A DNA stretch of 64,000 nucleotides from an uncultured Planctomycetaceae bacterium (GTDB taxonomy: Bacteria > Planctomycetota > Phycisphaerae > SM23-33), in the NCBI GenBank assembly GCA_964616985.1, contig CAZTVF010000004.1, positions 1,128 through 65,127 of the forward strand, read 5' to 3'. The notes under the pieces were generated by a model. The model did no database searches and was not told the DNA's origin. It saw only the letters and a list, made by a program, of their open reading frames with translations. Positions within the stretch are counted from its first letter, which is position 1. The number at the start of each line of letters is the position of its first letter. Positions 38,337-48,495 of the stretch are shown here, in pieces. A program made the translations under genes and the position numbers.

Positions 38337-40013
38337 TCACACCCGCGCCCGCTCCAACATCGCGGCGACGGGGCCATTGGGCTTGTCGATCTCGGCGGCG
38401 GTGGTGATTGTGACGGTGGGCATGCAGCCGAGCTTGGAGTGCAGGCTCATCCGCATCGCCTGGTCGGCGTTGGCGCCCGCCAGGCCCGAGTAGCCGAAGG
38501 ATCGGCACCAACGCCCGAACAGGAACTCGTTCAGCGGGCAGGCGCCGTCCTGCTCGAGGCGCTCCAGGCCCGGGCGGCTCTGGTGCCAGCTGGTGAACAA
38601 GTGCACCTGGGCAAACGCCTGATGTTGCATGGTGATCTCGTTGCGCCCCTCGCCGCCGACGGCAAGGCCGTCGTTGATCGAGGCGATCTCGCCGATCAGC
38701 CGCCGCATGCCCTCGGTCGAGGTCTGGTTCTCCACCAGGCAGTTGTGCAGGTTCCACGTCGTGAGCGTCACGTCGATGAACACCGTCTCGAGGTCGAGAT
38801 CATCGACCGCCCCCTTGATGTTCCGCGCGAGCATGCTCCGCCACATCGCCAGGCCGGGATGAATCTTCACCATGGTCTTCTTGGACCGGTTGCGGCCGCG
38901 GGCGGCGTTGGACTCCATCACCGGCTGCATGCCGTTGTGCCACACCCAGCCCTCGACGCGTTTGCTCTCGATGCTGCGATACTGGAAGTCGCGCAGGTAC
39001 GCGTAGGCGGGGTGCGTGGGGTCCATGTCGATGGCATTGAAGTGCGGCATCGCGCGGAAACCCATCTGGCGAGCCCGCTGGATGAACCGCCTTCCGCTGT
39101 CGCTGGCGACGTAGGTGGGGTAGTTCTCATCGTACGGATCGCTGCGCCAGCCGGGGATGTGCAGCAGCACCGACGCGGGCTCGACGCGCCGGGCCAGCGC
39201 CTCCAGAATGTCCTCATTCGCGGGGCACCAGCTGACGGCGAACCGCAGATCGTGCGGCCACGCCTGCCGCGGCAGCGCGGGGAGGCCGAATGCCGATTCC
39301 AGCCAGTCGCGGTAGACGGCCGCGGGCACGGTCCAATCGCCCTCGTAAACGTTGACCCGCCACGCCAGGCCGCCCGCGGCGAGACTGCCGTCGGCAGGGC
39401 CATACGCCTCCGTCTGCAGGCCCAGGCACCGCGGCGTCTGAGGCATGCCCACCTGCAGGGCCTTGTAGCGGTACCGCGTGTCGCGGCAGTGCACCCAGAA
39501 GCCGCCGCCCTTGCCCTGAAGCATGGCCAGGCCCGCCTCCCACCACGAGGGCCACTGCCAGCGGGTGTTGTGGATGAGTTCATCCTCCAGCGGCAACTGC
39601 ACGCCCTGGAAGAACGGCGCGACAAGCTGAAGCTCGGCCCCGATACCCGTCAGCGTGTACTGCACGGCCCGCAGGCCGGGGCGCGAGGCATAGCCCGAGG
39701 GCTCGATCACGAGGTCGCCCGTCTGGGCGTCCTCGGTCACGGCCAGCACCGCATCGCCGTGCCACGACTCGAACCGGATCTCCGCGCGGCGGTCGCTCAA
39801 GGCCGTCGTGGTGACGCAGTCGCCGTCGTGGCCGCCCAGCGGCACGAGCTCCCCGCCCGCATACAGCAACTGCACCGGGGAGGGCCCCTCGGCGCCTGCC
39901 TGCAGATATTCGCGCCCGCCCGCCGCCTTAAGCGACACCAGCCGCCCCGCCTCGAAGACGGCCGAGAGGGTCCGGGTGGTGACGGTCAGCCGATTCTGTT
40001 CGACAGTCAGCAT
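38337..40013 (-). CDS. Hypothetical protein, possibly glycosidase-like
   Basis: It is a 558-aa coherent ORF in a CAZyme neighbourhood. No confident family was recognised. Confidence 0.55.
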   Translation of the reverse strand: MLTVEQNRLTVTTRTLSAVFEAGRLVSLKAAGGREYLQAGAEGPSPVQLLYAGGELVPLGGHDGDCVTTTALSDRRAEIRFESWHGDAVLAVTEDAQTGDLVIEPSGYASRPGLRAVQYTLTGIGAELQLVAPFFQGVQLPLEDELIHNTRWQWPSWWEAGLAMLQGKGGGFWVHCRDTRYRYKALQVGMPQTPRCLGLQTEAYGPADGSLAAGGLAWRVNVYEGDWTVPAAVYRDWLESAFGLPALPRQAWPHDLRFAVSWCPANEDILEALARRVEPASVLLHIPGWRSDPYDENYPTYVASDSGRRFIQRARQMGFRAMPHFNAIDMDPTHPAYAYLRDFQYRSIESKRVEGWVWHNGMQPVMESNAARGRNRSKKTMVKIHPGLAMWRSMLARNIKGAVDDLDLETVFIDVTLTTWNLHNCLVENQTSTEGMRRLIGEIASINDGLAVGGEGRNEITMQHQAFAQVHLFTSWHQSRPGLERLEQDGACPLNEFLFGRWCRSFGYSGLAGANADQAMRMSLHSKLGCMPTVTITTAAEIDKPNGPVAAMLERARV

Positions 40014-40097
40014 CGTGATCTCCTATCCGGGTGATGGGTATGGCGCGGGATTATGACGCGCTTCACTCGCGGCGTCCATCGCGGTATAAACCCACGC

Positions 40098-41069
40098 ATG
40101 AACCAACCTGTTGAGTTCCGACAACACCCGGGCGACCGCTGCGTCGATGTCCTCATCGGCCACCTGCCGTTCACCTCGTACATCTGGCCGCTGACGATCA
40201 AGAAACCCGTGCTGTTCCCGCTGCGGACCGCGCGGGGCACGTCGATCACCCGGGGCTTCCCGCTGGAGCCGCGGGCCGGCGAGCGCGTGGACCACCCCCA
40301 CCACGTGGGCATGTGGTTCAACCACGGCGACGTGAACGGCCTGGATTTCTGGAACAACTCCGACGCGATCCCACCGGCAGATCGCGAGCATTTCGCCACG
40401 ATTGCGCACGTGGGAATCGCCCGAGCCGGCGGCGGCGCGGACGAGGGCGTGCTGGTGGTGACCAGCGAATGGCGCACCCCCGCCGGCCTGACGCTGCTGG
40501 CGGAGGAGACGACCTACGTCTTCCGCGGCGGGGAGGACTGGCGGAGCGTGGACCGCATCACGCGCCTGGCCGCACGGCAGGAGGTGTTGTTTCGCGACAG
40601 CAAGGAAGGCACGTTCGCAATCCGCGTCACCCGCGCCCTGGAGCAGCCGACGACGGAGTCGCTGATCCTGACCGACGCCGCCGGGCGAGCGACGGCGGTG
40701 CCGCAGCTGACGAACGATGGCGTGACCGGCCTCTACCGCAGCAGCCGCGGCCTGGAGGGCGACGCGGTGTGGGCGACGCGGGGCGAGTGGGTGAAGCTCG
40801 GCGGGCGGATCGGCGACGAGGCGATCTCGCTGGTGATCTTCGACCATCCCGGCAACCCGGGCTACCCGACGTACTGGCACGCCCGCGGCTACGGGCTGTT
40901 CGCCGCCAACCCGCTGGGCCAAGCCCCTTTGAGCGGCGGCAAGGACGAACTCAACCTCCGCCTGGGCGCAGGCGAATCGGCCACCTTCCGCCACCGCGTC
41001 CTCATCGCCTCAGCCGACCTGGGCGACGACGCGCTGAGCGCCGAACTCGGCCGCTTCACATCGACGTGA
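40098..41069 (+). CDS. PmoA-like family protein (DUF6807-type)
   Basis: The motif HPHHVGMWFNHGDVNGLDFW is recalled as characteristic of this family. Confidence 0.6.
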   Translation: MNQPVEFRQHPGDRCVDVLIGHLPFTSYIWPLTIKKPVLFPLRTARGTSITRGFPLEPRAGERVDHPHHVGMWFNHGDVNGLDFWNNSDAIPPADREHFATIAHVGIARAGGGADEGVLVVTSEWRTPAGLTLLAEETTYVFRGGEDWRSVDRITRLAARQEVLFRDSKEGTFAIRVTRALEQPTTESLILTDAAGRATAVPQLTNDGVTGLYRSSRGLEGDAVWATRGEWVKLGGRIGDEAISLVIFDHPGNPGYPTYWHARGYGLFAANPLGQAPLSGGKDELNLRLGAGESATFRHRVLIASADLGDDALSAELGRFTST

Positions 41070-43812
41070 AACACCACCGCCCCAAGGCGAATGTGAACGT
41101 CAGCGAGCGGCCGGAGGGGAGTGTGATGATCATGTCCTCGCCGCAGCGACGCAGCGAGGCGGGGCCCACGACGCCCTCGGTGACGTCGAGGAAGACGGTG
41201 ACGAGGGGGTCGCGCTCGTCGGCCGTGTAGCCGCCGTTCACGGGGTGCCACTGGCAGTCGGTGTGATACCAGCCCCAGTGGTGGTCATACGTCCGCAGCG
41301 GGTGGATCGTGAGCTTCAACTCCGGGCGGGTCAGCAGGTCCAGGCGCATCGCGGCCGCCCGGCGACGGATGACCAGCGCCCGGCCGGGGGCGGCGACGCC
41401 GACATCCTCCGTCTGCCCGCCCGCCTGGTACTGGGCCATGACGACGGCGGCGGGGTCATGGGGCGCCACGTCATCGAGCAGCACGGCCGCTTCCTCGCCC
41501 GCCAGCACAAGGTGCCGCACCACGCGGCGGGCCGCCCCGCGGTAGGCCGCGGCACTGTCGCAGGCCATGTAACGCAGGTCGCCCTGGGCGCGGCAGGCGG
41601 TGATCGTGCCGGTGCATTCCCAGCCGGCGGGCACGCAGGGGCCCACGCCGCCGATGATCGGCAGCGAGTGATCCGTCGGCTCGGGCCGGAAATAGCCCGT
41701 GTCGATGATGAAGTCCTCGCCGCGAAGGTCGAGGATGTACGAGCCCGTGTCGGCCTGGTTGTGGTGCGTGTAGGGCGGGCGCGAGCCCTTGAACGACGCC
41801 ACCCAGCGGCAGTCGTAGTTCGTGCCCGACCGCACGAGGGCCACCTCCACGTCGCGGCTGTGATGGGCCAGCGGCAGCGGCGGCTGATCGAACTGCTCGG
41901 GCATGTCAGGCCGGTAGGCGTAGGTGATGGCGTCGGCGTGGAACTGCGTGTAGCCCGTCGGTGGGTCGTGCTGCGCAGCCGCCTGGGCGTATCGCAGCGC
42001 GTGGTCGCCGTACCACAAGAGGAAGCGGTCGCCGTAGCGCGCCCCCAGGCGCCAGGCGATGGGCCCGGCGATGGGCGAGGGGAACGTGTCGTTGAAGCCC
42101 GTGCAGCGGCCGGTGTTTGAAAGCGCCAGGCGGAACGCGTTGCCCGCGTTCATCATGCCCGGGTGCGAGAGCAGCCCGTCGTCGCTGCCGGTGGCCAGTT
42201 CCAGGGCCTGGGCGAACTTCAGCGTCGTGCTCCAGGCGAAGTCGGCGTACTGCATCCACTCGGTGTTCACCCCATCGACGCCGAGGCAGTAGTCGAGGTG
42301 GTGGCCGATGTACTTGCGGGCGAGGTAGAGGGCCTCGGCGGCATCGGGGTGATCGTGCAGCACCAACGCGAGCATGGCCCCGCCGCTGTTGCAGCAGGGG
42401 TTGGCGTTGGGAATGGCCGTGGCGTCCCAGTGCGGCCAGCGGGCCGTGCGGAGATACCGTTCGAGATAGAGCTCCAGGAATCGCCGCCAGTCGCCGCGGT
42501 CGGCCGGCGACAGGTGCGGCCAGAACGTGTCGTACACGATCGGCAGATGAACGGTCAGCTTCGAGTCGTCGAGTTCGTTGGTGCCTGAATCGCCGGCCAT
42601 GAAGGGCGTCGCGCTGCGGATGTACTGCGTGGCGTGGTCGATGTACTCCCGCCGGCCGTCGAGCACCCAGCCGTTGTGGTCGCCGGTGAGGATCGTGACG
42701 AGCTGGCGGTTTCGAAGGGGGCGCTTCATCGCGGCGAAGGCGGCCTCGTCGAGCGGGGCCAAGTGCTCCACCGGCGGCAGGAGGGCGTAGCGACGCATGC
42801 GGTCCATCGGCGGGCGCGTCGCCTTCTCGCGGATCTCCCGCACCACGTCGTCGCGGAACATCAGGATCGGGTGCTGCAGGCCCAGCTCAGCCGGGTTGAT
42901 CGGCGCGGGGGCCGCCCGCAGGCTCACGGCCGCCAGCTCACGCGTCAGGCCGCCGGCATCCGAGACGCGCAGCGAGAATCGCGTGAACTGCGGCCGCTGG
43001 AGATCGAGGTCGAAGTCCATCCGCGTTTCGCCCGGCGGCAGCGTCACGGCTTGGGAAGTCGTTCTGCCGGCGGTGTCGTCGCCGCCTTCGCTGACAAGAA
43101 ACACGCGGGTGGCGACAAGGCCGTCGGTGTGATTGACCATGACAGCGCGACAGCGATTGCGGCCGCGGACGAGCCGCACGCCGTCGAAGGTCAACGCTGC
43201 CAGTTCGACCGCGGCAGGGCCCGAGGCGAGGGTGAACTCGGCGAAGCGGTCGGCCTGGGCAAAGCCAAGCTCGGCCGCGCTGGTCGCCGCGGCGTCCATG
43301 CGGCCCTGCGCCCATCGCATGTGCGCGATCAGGCCGCGGAGCACGTCGCCGGCGGCCGGCGCGGCGAGGCCCAGATCGGCGAAGCGGACCGAGAGGCTCG
43401 CTCGCCAGCCGCCCGCGATGACTTCGCCGGCGGCGCGGATCGCGCCGGACTTCCACAGGCCCAGCCCGTCGAAGACCCTGCCGTCGGGGGCGAGGATGAT
43501 CTGGATCTGCTCCTGCTCGCGCCGGGGATCGGGCAGCAGCCGCAGCTCGATGTGGTCCTGCCGCCAGAATTGCGGCCCGTCTGGGGGCTCGGCCGGGGCG
43601 AGCGTGACATGCTCATCGCGGCACTCGACGCGGAGGTGCAGTCGCTCGGCGTCCCACGCCACGCGGACGGCCAGATCGCGAGGGGGAATCTCCTCGCCGT
43701 GAAGGTCAGTCAGAAGCGGCAGCGGCGCTATCGCCTGCCATGCCGCATCCGTATCGCACGCCAACTGCCGCACCGTGTAACGCGGGGGAAGAAACCGGTT
43801 CGTACGTCTCAC
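41056..43812 (-). CDS. Heparinase II/III-like family protein with an N-terminal carbohydrate-binding-like domain
   Basis: It is 918 aa. The assignment rests on overall architecture and neighbourhood rather than on a single seen motif, and the family is tentative. Confidence 0.55.
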   Translation of the reverse strand: MRRTNRFLPPRYTVRQLACDTDAAWQAIAPLPLLTDLHGEEIPPRDLAVRVAWDAERLHLRVECRDEHVTLAPAEPPDGPQFWRQDHIELRLLPDPRREQEQIQIILAPDGRVFDGLGLWKSGAIRAAGEVIAGGWRASLSVRFADLGLAAPAAGDVLRGLIAHMRWAQGRMDAAATSAAELGFAQADRFAEFTLASGPAAVELAALTFDGVRLVRGRNRCRAVMVNHTDGLVATRVFLVSEGGDDTAGRTTSQAVTLPPGETRMDFDLDLQRPQFTRFSLRVSDAGGLTRELAAVSLRAAPAPINPAELGLQHPILMFRDDVVREIREKATRPPMDRMRRYALLPPVEHLAPLDEAAFAAMKRPLRNRQLVTILTGDHNGWVLDGRREYIDHATQYIRSATPFMAGDSGTNELDDSKLTVHLPIVYDTFWPHLSPADRGDWRRFLELYLERYLRTARWPHWDATAIPNANPCCNSGGAMLALVLHDHPDAAEALYLARKYIGHHLDYCLGVDGVNTEWMQYADFAWSTTLKFAQALELATGSDDGLLSHPGMMNAGNAFRLALSNTGRCTGFNDTFPSPIAGPIAWRLGARYGDRFLLWYGDHALRYAQAAAQHDPPTGYTQFHADAITYAYRPDMPEQFDQPPLPLAHHSRDVEVALVRSGTNYDCRWVASFKGSRPPYTHHNQADTGSYILDLRGEDFIIDTGYFRPEPTDHSLPIIGGVGPCVPAGWECTGTITACRAQGDLRYMACDSAAAYRGAARRVVRHLVLAGEEAAVLLDDVAPHDPAAVVMAQYQAGGQTEDVGVAAPGRALVIRRRAAAMRLDLLTRPELKLTIHPLRTYDHHWGWYHTDCQWHPVNGGYTADERDPLVTVFLDVTEGVVGPASLRRCGEDMIITLPSGRSLTFTFALGRWCFTSM

Positions 43813-43835
43813 GTCGCTTCCTTATATATGGGGGA

Positions 43836-44489
43836 TCACGGCTTGGCCGTGGCTTCGAAACTGATGGAAATCCGAACTTCGTCGCCGACGCCGCCGAGCA
43901 TCGTGCTCATGCCGAAGTCGGACCGCTTGATCGAGAAGTCGGTGAAGAAGCCGACGCGGCGGGTGCCTTTGGGGAACTCCGTCTCCTTGCCGCCGCGCAG
44001 CGGGACGGTGATCGTCCGGGTCACGCCATGCAGCGTGAAATCGCCCACGACCACATAGGCGGCGTCGGCGGGAATGCCCGGCGCGGGCTGCGTGGCGGCG
44101 CAGTTCGGCATGAGGGGGATCGCGACGACGGCCTTGCTGACCGAGGTGCTCTTGAACGTCATCTCGGGGAACTGGTTGGCGTCGAAGAAGTCCTTGGTGC
44201 GGAGGTGCGCGTCGCGCTGGGCGTTGTTGGTGTCGACGCTGGCGGTCTTGATCGTGACCTCGAAGCGGCACTTGTTGGCGTCGGCGGGATCGATGGCGCA
44301 GTTGCCGGCGATGTCGTTGAACCGCCCGGCCACCCAGCTGATGCCCGCGTGCTCGATTTTGAACGTGGCCGAGCTGTGGGCGGGGTCGAAGACGAAGCTC
44401 CCGCCCGCCGGCTGGGTTGTCGCCTGGGCCCACGCCGCCATCGCCATCGCCAACGATACGACACCGGCCACGAGGAATAACCTTCGCAT
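43836..44489 (-). CDS. YceI-family periplasmic protein
   Basis: A signal peptide is followed by SSATFKIEHAGISWVAGRF…DAHLRTKDFFDANQFPEMTF, which is YceI-like. Confidence 0.8.
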   Translation of the reverse strand: MRRLFLVAGVVSLAMAMAAWAQATTQPAGGSFVFDPAHSSATFKIEHAGISWVAGRFNDIAGNCAIDPADANKCRFEVTIKTASVDTNNAQRDAHLRTKDFFDANQFPEMTFKSTSVSKAVVAIPLMPNCAATQPAPGIPADAAYVVVGDFTLHGVTRTITVPLRGGKETEFPKGTRRVGFFTDFSIKRSDFGMSTMLGGVGDEVRISISFEATAKP

Positions 44490-44570
44490 GTGCGACTCCT
44501 TCTTCCGGAAGGGTGCGTGGCTTAAGACGCACCGAGTGCTCCAACCCAACCCACGGAATCCTGTCGTGTT

Positions 44571-44605
44571 CGCACCCCCAAACAAGTTTGGGGGTGGCAC
44601 CGAGC
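44571..44605. repeat. Palindromic repeat family D, copy 2
   Basis: The sequence is cgcacccccaaacaagtttgggggtggcaccgagc. Confidence 0.7.
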
Positions 44606-44639
44606 CAGCACCGTGCCGCCGAAGCCCCAGACAGTCGTG

Positions 44640-45818
44640 CTAGGACACCCGCATGGCCTCTTCCTTCGCGATGCGGTTCCACTCTTCCAACCGGCGGGGA
44701 TCGTGGCGGACGGTGCTGATGTCCTTGAGGTGCATCTCGAGGAAGCAGCCGCCGTCCTTGGCCATCTGGAGTTTCTCGCGGATGTCGGCGCGGACGAGGT
44801 CGCCGTCCCACTGGTCGTAGGCGAGGAAGGCGGGGTTGGGCTTCCACGCGAAGACAAAGCGGCCGCCGACGTTCTTCACCGCCACCGGGAAGTTCACCCA
44901 CGGGCTCATCGAAATCTTGTACATGTTCGGCAGGCACTCGGCGCAGATGTCCACCTTCGCGTGCAGCGGTTCGCAGCAGCCGTAGTACACGCGGCCGAAG
45001 CGGCGGAAGAAGCGCACCTCATGCTCGAGGGCGAATTCCTTGTGCATCGCCGGCGAGACCTCCGAGAATATCTGCGCCGCGCCGCTGACGGTGAGTTCCT
45101 TCGCCGGGCGCGCAAGCAGACCCTGCTGCTCGTACTGGTCCAGGCGGCTGATCCAGCAATCGACCAGGCGGCCGATCGCCTTGTGCACAAACTCGGGCCT
45201 CATGGCCATGTCCGTCAGAACCTCTTGCACGCCCGTCCAGCGGACCAGCGCGTCCCAGGGCGCGAACCAGAAGCTCCACACGCCCGACTTCTTCACGTCG
45301 AGGATGCCGTCGAAGATCTCGCAGCGTTTCTGGTAGCCCTCTTCGGTGGCCGCTTCGTCGTGCGAGATGACGGGCATCTTCATCTTGGCGATGTCCGATT
45401 CCTCGGCGATCTGGATGTGGAAGTGCCGCGAGACGACGTCGTTGGAGTCGTCGGTGCGGACGACGTCCACCTCCTCGTCGATGCCGAAGCCGCTGTCGCG
45501 GATGCAGTAGCCCTGCACGGAGACGGCCGAGACGGTCATATCACCGGGGTAGTGCCGCCACTTGTACAGCGTCTGCCGCATGCCGCCTTCGACGCCGCGG
45601 CAGAAGCCGTCCTGGCACCGCAGCGTCAGCTCGCCCGTGTCGTTCAACTCCGACCACGGCTCCTGGTAAATATGGATGCTGGGCCGGCCCGCCTGGCGAT
45701 TATCGATCCGCCGGCAGACCTCCTCGCGTTCCTTGTTCACCGGGTCCGCCGCTGCGGCGGCAATCTCCCGCCCCAGCTGGCGCAGGATGTCCTTATCGCT
45801 CTGTGAAATCGTGCTCAT
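44640..45818 (-). CDS. Hypothetical protein, possibly a URO-D-like TIM-barrel protein
   Basis: The start at MSTISQ has an RBS (AGGAGTAAC-ATG). The family assignment is tentative. Confidence 0.55.
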   Translation of the reverse strand: MSTISQSDKDILRQLGREIAAAAADPVNKEREEVCRRIDNRQAGRPSIHIYQEPWSELNDTGELTLRCQDGFCRGVEGGMRQTLYKWRHYPGDMTVSAVSVQGYCIRDSGFGIDEEVDVVRTDDSNDVVSRHFHIQIAEESDIAKMKMPVISHDEAATEEGYQKRCEIFDGILDVKKSGVWSFWFAPWDALVRWTGVQEVLTDMAMRPEFVHKAIGRLVDCWISRLDQYEQQGLLARPAKELTVSGAAQIFSEVSPAMHKEFALEHEVRFFRRFGRVYYGCCEPLHAKVDICAECLPNMYKISMSPWVNFPVAVKNVGGRFVFAWKPNPAFLAYDQWDGDLVRADIREKLQMAKDGGCFLEMHLKDISTVRHDPRRLEEWNRIAKEEAMRVS

Positions 45819-45918
45819 GTTACTCCTCTGTGCCTTGATGGTCGCTGCCACGAATTCCATAGTATACCCGCGGCCGCACAAGCGCGACCACGGTCTTCTC
45901 GTGATCAAGAAGGAAGGC

Positions 45919-48453
45919 ATGCCACTGTCGCCAGGGCTGCTTGCGGTTTCACACGCGGCGGCCGGACCCTGGCAGAACGTCGCGACGCCCCGGCCCGAAG
46001 GCCCCCCTTCCCCCTTCCGCAGCGGCGTGGCGAAGATTACATTCCTGCGTATGAATCCCATTGTCAACACGGCCGATCCGATTCTGCACGCGGTCGCCGA
46101 TGAGGCGGCGGCGCGGTTCGACATCGATCTGCCCGCATTGCTCCAACGGCACGACATGAAGTGGTCGGGGCCGATGCCGGCCGACTGGCGACACGGCGCG
46201 CCGCTGGGAAATGGTGAGTTCGGCGTCGTCATGCATGGCAGCCCGCGGGACCTGTGCTTCACGCTCTCGCGGCCGGATGTGTGGGATCGCCGCAACGACG
46301 CCAAGAGCTGGTTTCCCGGCGAGACGTTTGACGAGGTTCGCGCGGCCTGGCGGTCGAACGACCGCGAGGCGCTGGCGCGCCTCTGGCAGCAGACGGCCGC
46401 GAGCAAGCCCATCGACATGCCGCACCTCACCACGTGCGGAACGCTTCGACTGCACCTGGACGAGGGCCTCAACCCGGCCGAGCTGAAGATGGGGGTGGAG
46501 TTGCACACCGCCACGGCGGCGATGACGTGGCACGACCGCAGCGTGCGGGCCTACGTGAGCCGGCGGTTCGGGGTGCTGGTGATCGACATCGACCGCGGCC
46601 AGGGGAATGCCAGCCCCGACCCGCTGAAGGACTGCTACGACCGCCGCCTGCCGGCGACCGAACTGCCCTGGGATCTCTCACGCTGCCCGCTGGATGACAA
46701 CCCGCGCCCGCAGATCGAGACGGGCGACGAGATCAGCCTGCTGACGCAACGCTTCACCGCGGGCGGCGAATACACCATCGGCATCGCCTTGGTGGGCTTC
46801 GGCCAGCGCGAGCGCGCGAGCGTCACCGGGCGGTTGATCGGCCGAGAGGCAAGCCCCGCCGGGCAACGCTGCCAGGTTTATCTCACCGTCGTCTCGTCGG
46901 CGCCAGGCGATCACGCCGCCGACGAATGCCGCGCCCGCCTCCGCGCCGCCGTCGGAGCCGGCGCCGAGGCGATCGCACTCGAGCACCGCGCGTGGTGGGA
47001 GGCGTACTGGCGCCGAGGCCTGGCCGCCGTAGGCGACCCCGCCGTCGAGAAGTGGTACTACCGTTCACTGTACCTGTGCGGCAGCATGCTTGAGCCCACC
47101 CGCCAATTGCCGGGGCTGCAGGGCGTGTGGTGCGGCGAGAACAACCCGCCCTGGTACGGCGACTACCACGGAAACATCAACGTGCAGTGCAACGTATGGG
47201 GCCTGCTCGCCAGCAACCGCCTCGACCTCTTCGAGCCTTACCTGCGCCTGTATCACGAATTCGCCCCGAAGGCCCGCCGTGACGCCGCCGAATACTTCCA
47301 CCTGCGCGGGCTGAAGTTCCCGCACGCCGGTTCCATCGGCGGCCACGAGCTCACCTCGCCCGCGCACAGCCGCCTCTCGACTGAGCCTTGTGAGTCGGCG
47401 TGGGTCGCGCAGCTGTTCTGGCAGTACTATCGCTACAGCGGCGACCGCGAGTTCCTCGCCCGAATCGCCTACCCGATCCTCCGCGACGCGGCCCTCTTCA
47501 TCGCCGACTTCCTCACGTGGGACGCGGAGCGCAGCCGCTGGACGATGGGCCCCATGGTGCATTTCGAGAGCCGCGCCGGCGAGTGGGAAGGCTGGGATCA
47601 CAACACGCTCTATGGCCAGGCTTTCGTGCGGATGGGGCTGACCCAGGCGACGGCCGCGGCCGCCGAGCTCGATGTCGATGAAGACCTGCGCGAACTGTGG
47701 AGCGAGAAGCTGGCGAGGCTGGTCGAAGTGCCTGTGGGCGCCGATGGCGCCTGGCGGCCCTGGGAGAATCAGGGCGAGACATACGCAGGTCACAATTTCA
47801 TGCTGCCGCTGGTATTCCCGGCCAAACTCGTCAGTGCCGAGCACGGACCCGACCCGTGGCGTCGGGCCGCGGCGGCCACGTGGAGCAAGCTCGTCGCCAG
47901 CGGCCGCCCCGGCCACAGCGGCGGCGCGTGGTGCGGCGGGCAAGGAATCTGCGAGGTCCTGCGTCTTGGCGACGCCAGGACCGCCTTCGCCGCCGCCCGC
48001 TGGCCCCAGGGCGCGTGCGAGAACGGCTTCACCATCGTGGATTGGCCGACGATGTCGATCATGCAGGGCGACCATGGCGCGGGCATGTGCCGCGTGCTGC
48101 CCGATCTCATGCTGCTGGAGCTCGGCGGCGTCGTGCACTTGTTCTACGGCATTCCCGCGGGCGTTCCCGCGCGCTTCCACTCGCTTCGCGCGCCGGGCGG
48201 TTTTCTGCTCTCTGCCGAAAGGCGCGGCCCATGCGTGGACTATGTGCTCGTGAATGCCACCCGCGCCGGCCGCCTTCGCCTGCGGAACCCCTGGCCGCAC
48301 GCCCTTGCCGTCGATCACCGCAGCGGCGAGATGCTTGCAGACTCCGCTGCCGTAGTCATCGAACTCGACCTTGCCGCGGGTCAGGCCGTTGTTGTCCACG
48401 CCGCGGGGATGGACCCCGCCCTGCTCCAGCGGCAGGCATTCCATGTGGTATGA
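45919..48453 (+). CDS. GH95-like six-hairpin glycoside hydrolase
   Basis: An N-terminal W…APLGNGEFGVVMHG motif resembles the GH95 N-domain. An RBS AAGAAGGAAGGC precedes the ATG, and an alternative start lies at 46051. Confidence 0.55.
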   Translation: MPLSPGLLAVSHAAAGPWQNVATPRPEGPPSPFRSGVAKITFLRMNPIVNTADPILHAVADEAAARFDIDLPALLQRHDMKWSGPMPADWRHGAPLGNGEFGVVMHGSPRDLCFTLSRPDVWDRRNDAKSWFPGETFDEVRAAWRSNDREALARLWQQTAASKPIDMPHLTTCGTLRLHLDEGLNPAELKMGVELHTATAAMTWHDRSVRAYVSRRFGVLVIDIDRGQGNASPDPLKDCYDRRLPATELPWDLSRCPLDDNPRPQIETGDEISLLTQRFTAGGEYTIGIALVGFGQRERASVTGRLIGREASPAGQRCQVYLTVVSSAPGDHAADECRARLRAAVGAGAEAIALEHRAWWEAYWRRGLAAVGDPAVEKWYYRSLYLCGSMLEPTRQLPGLQGVWCGENNPPWYGDYHGNINVQCNVWGLLASNRLDLFEPYLRLYHEFAPKARRDAAEYFHLRGLKFPHAGSIGGHELTSPAHSRLSTEPCESAWVAQLFWQYYRYSGDREFLARIAYPILRDAALFIADFLTWDAERSRWTMGPMVHFESRAGEWEGWDHNTLYGQAFVRMGLTQATAAAAELDVDEDLRELWSEKLARLVEVPVGADGAWRPWENQGETYAGHNFMLPLVFPAKLVSAEHGPDPWRRAAAATWSKLVASGRPGHSGGAWCGGQGICEVLRLGDARTAFAAARWPQGACENGFTIVDWPTMSIMQGDHGAGMCRVLPDLMLLELGGVVHLFYGIPAGVPARFHSLRAPGGFLLSAERRGPCVDYVLVNATRAGRLRLRNPWPHALAVDHRSGEMLADSAAVVIELDLAAGQAVVVHAAGMDPALLQRQAFHVV

Positions 48454-48495
48454 TGTGCATGCTTGAACCTTGCCACCATTGAAAAGGATTGTCCT

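Noticed and set aside
37350-40034. An 894-aa plus-strand ORF spanning two real genes
   Set aside because: It is a low-complexity antisense or overlapping frame. The real genes are the ADP-ribosylglycohydrolase (+) and the 558-aa hypothetical (-).
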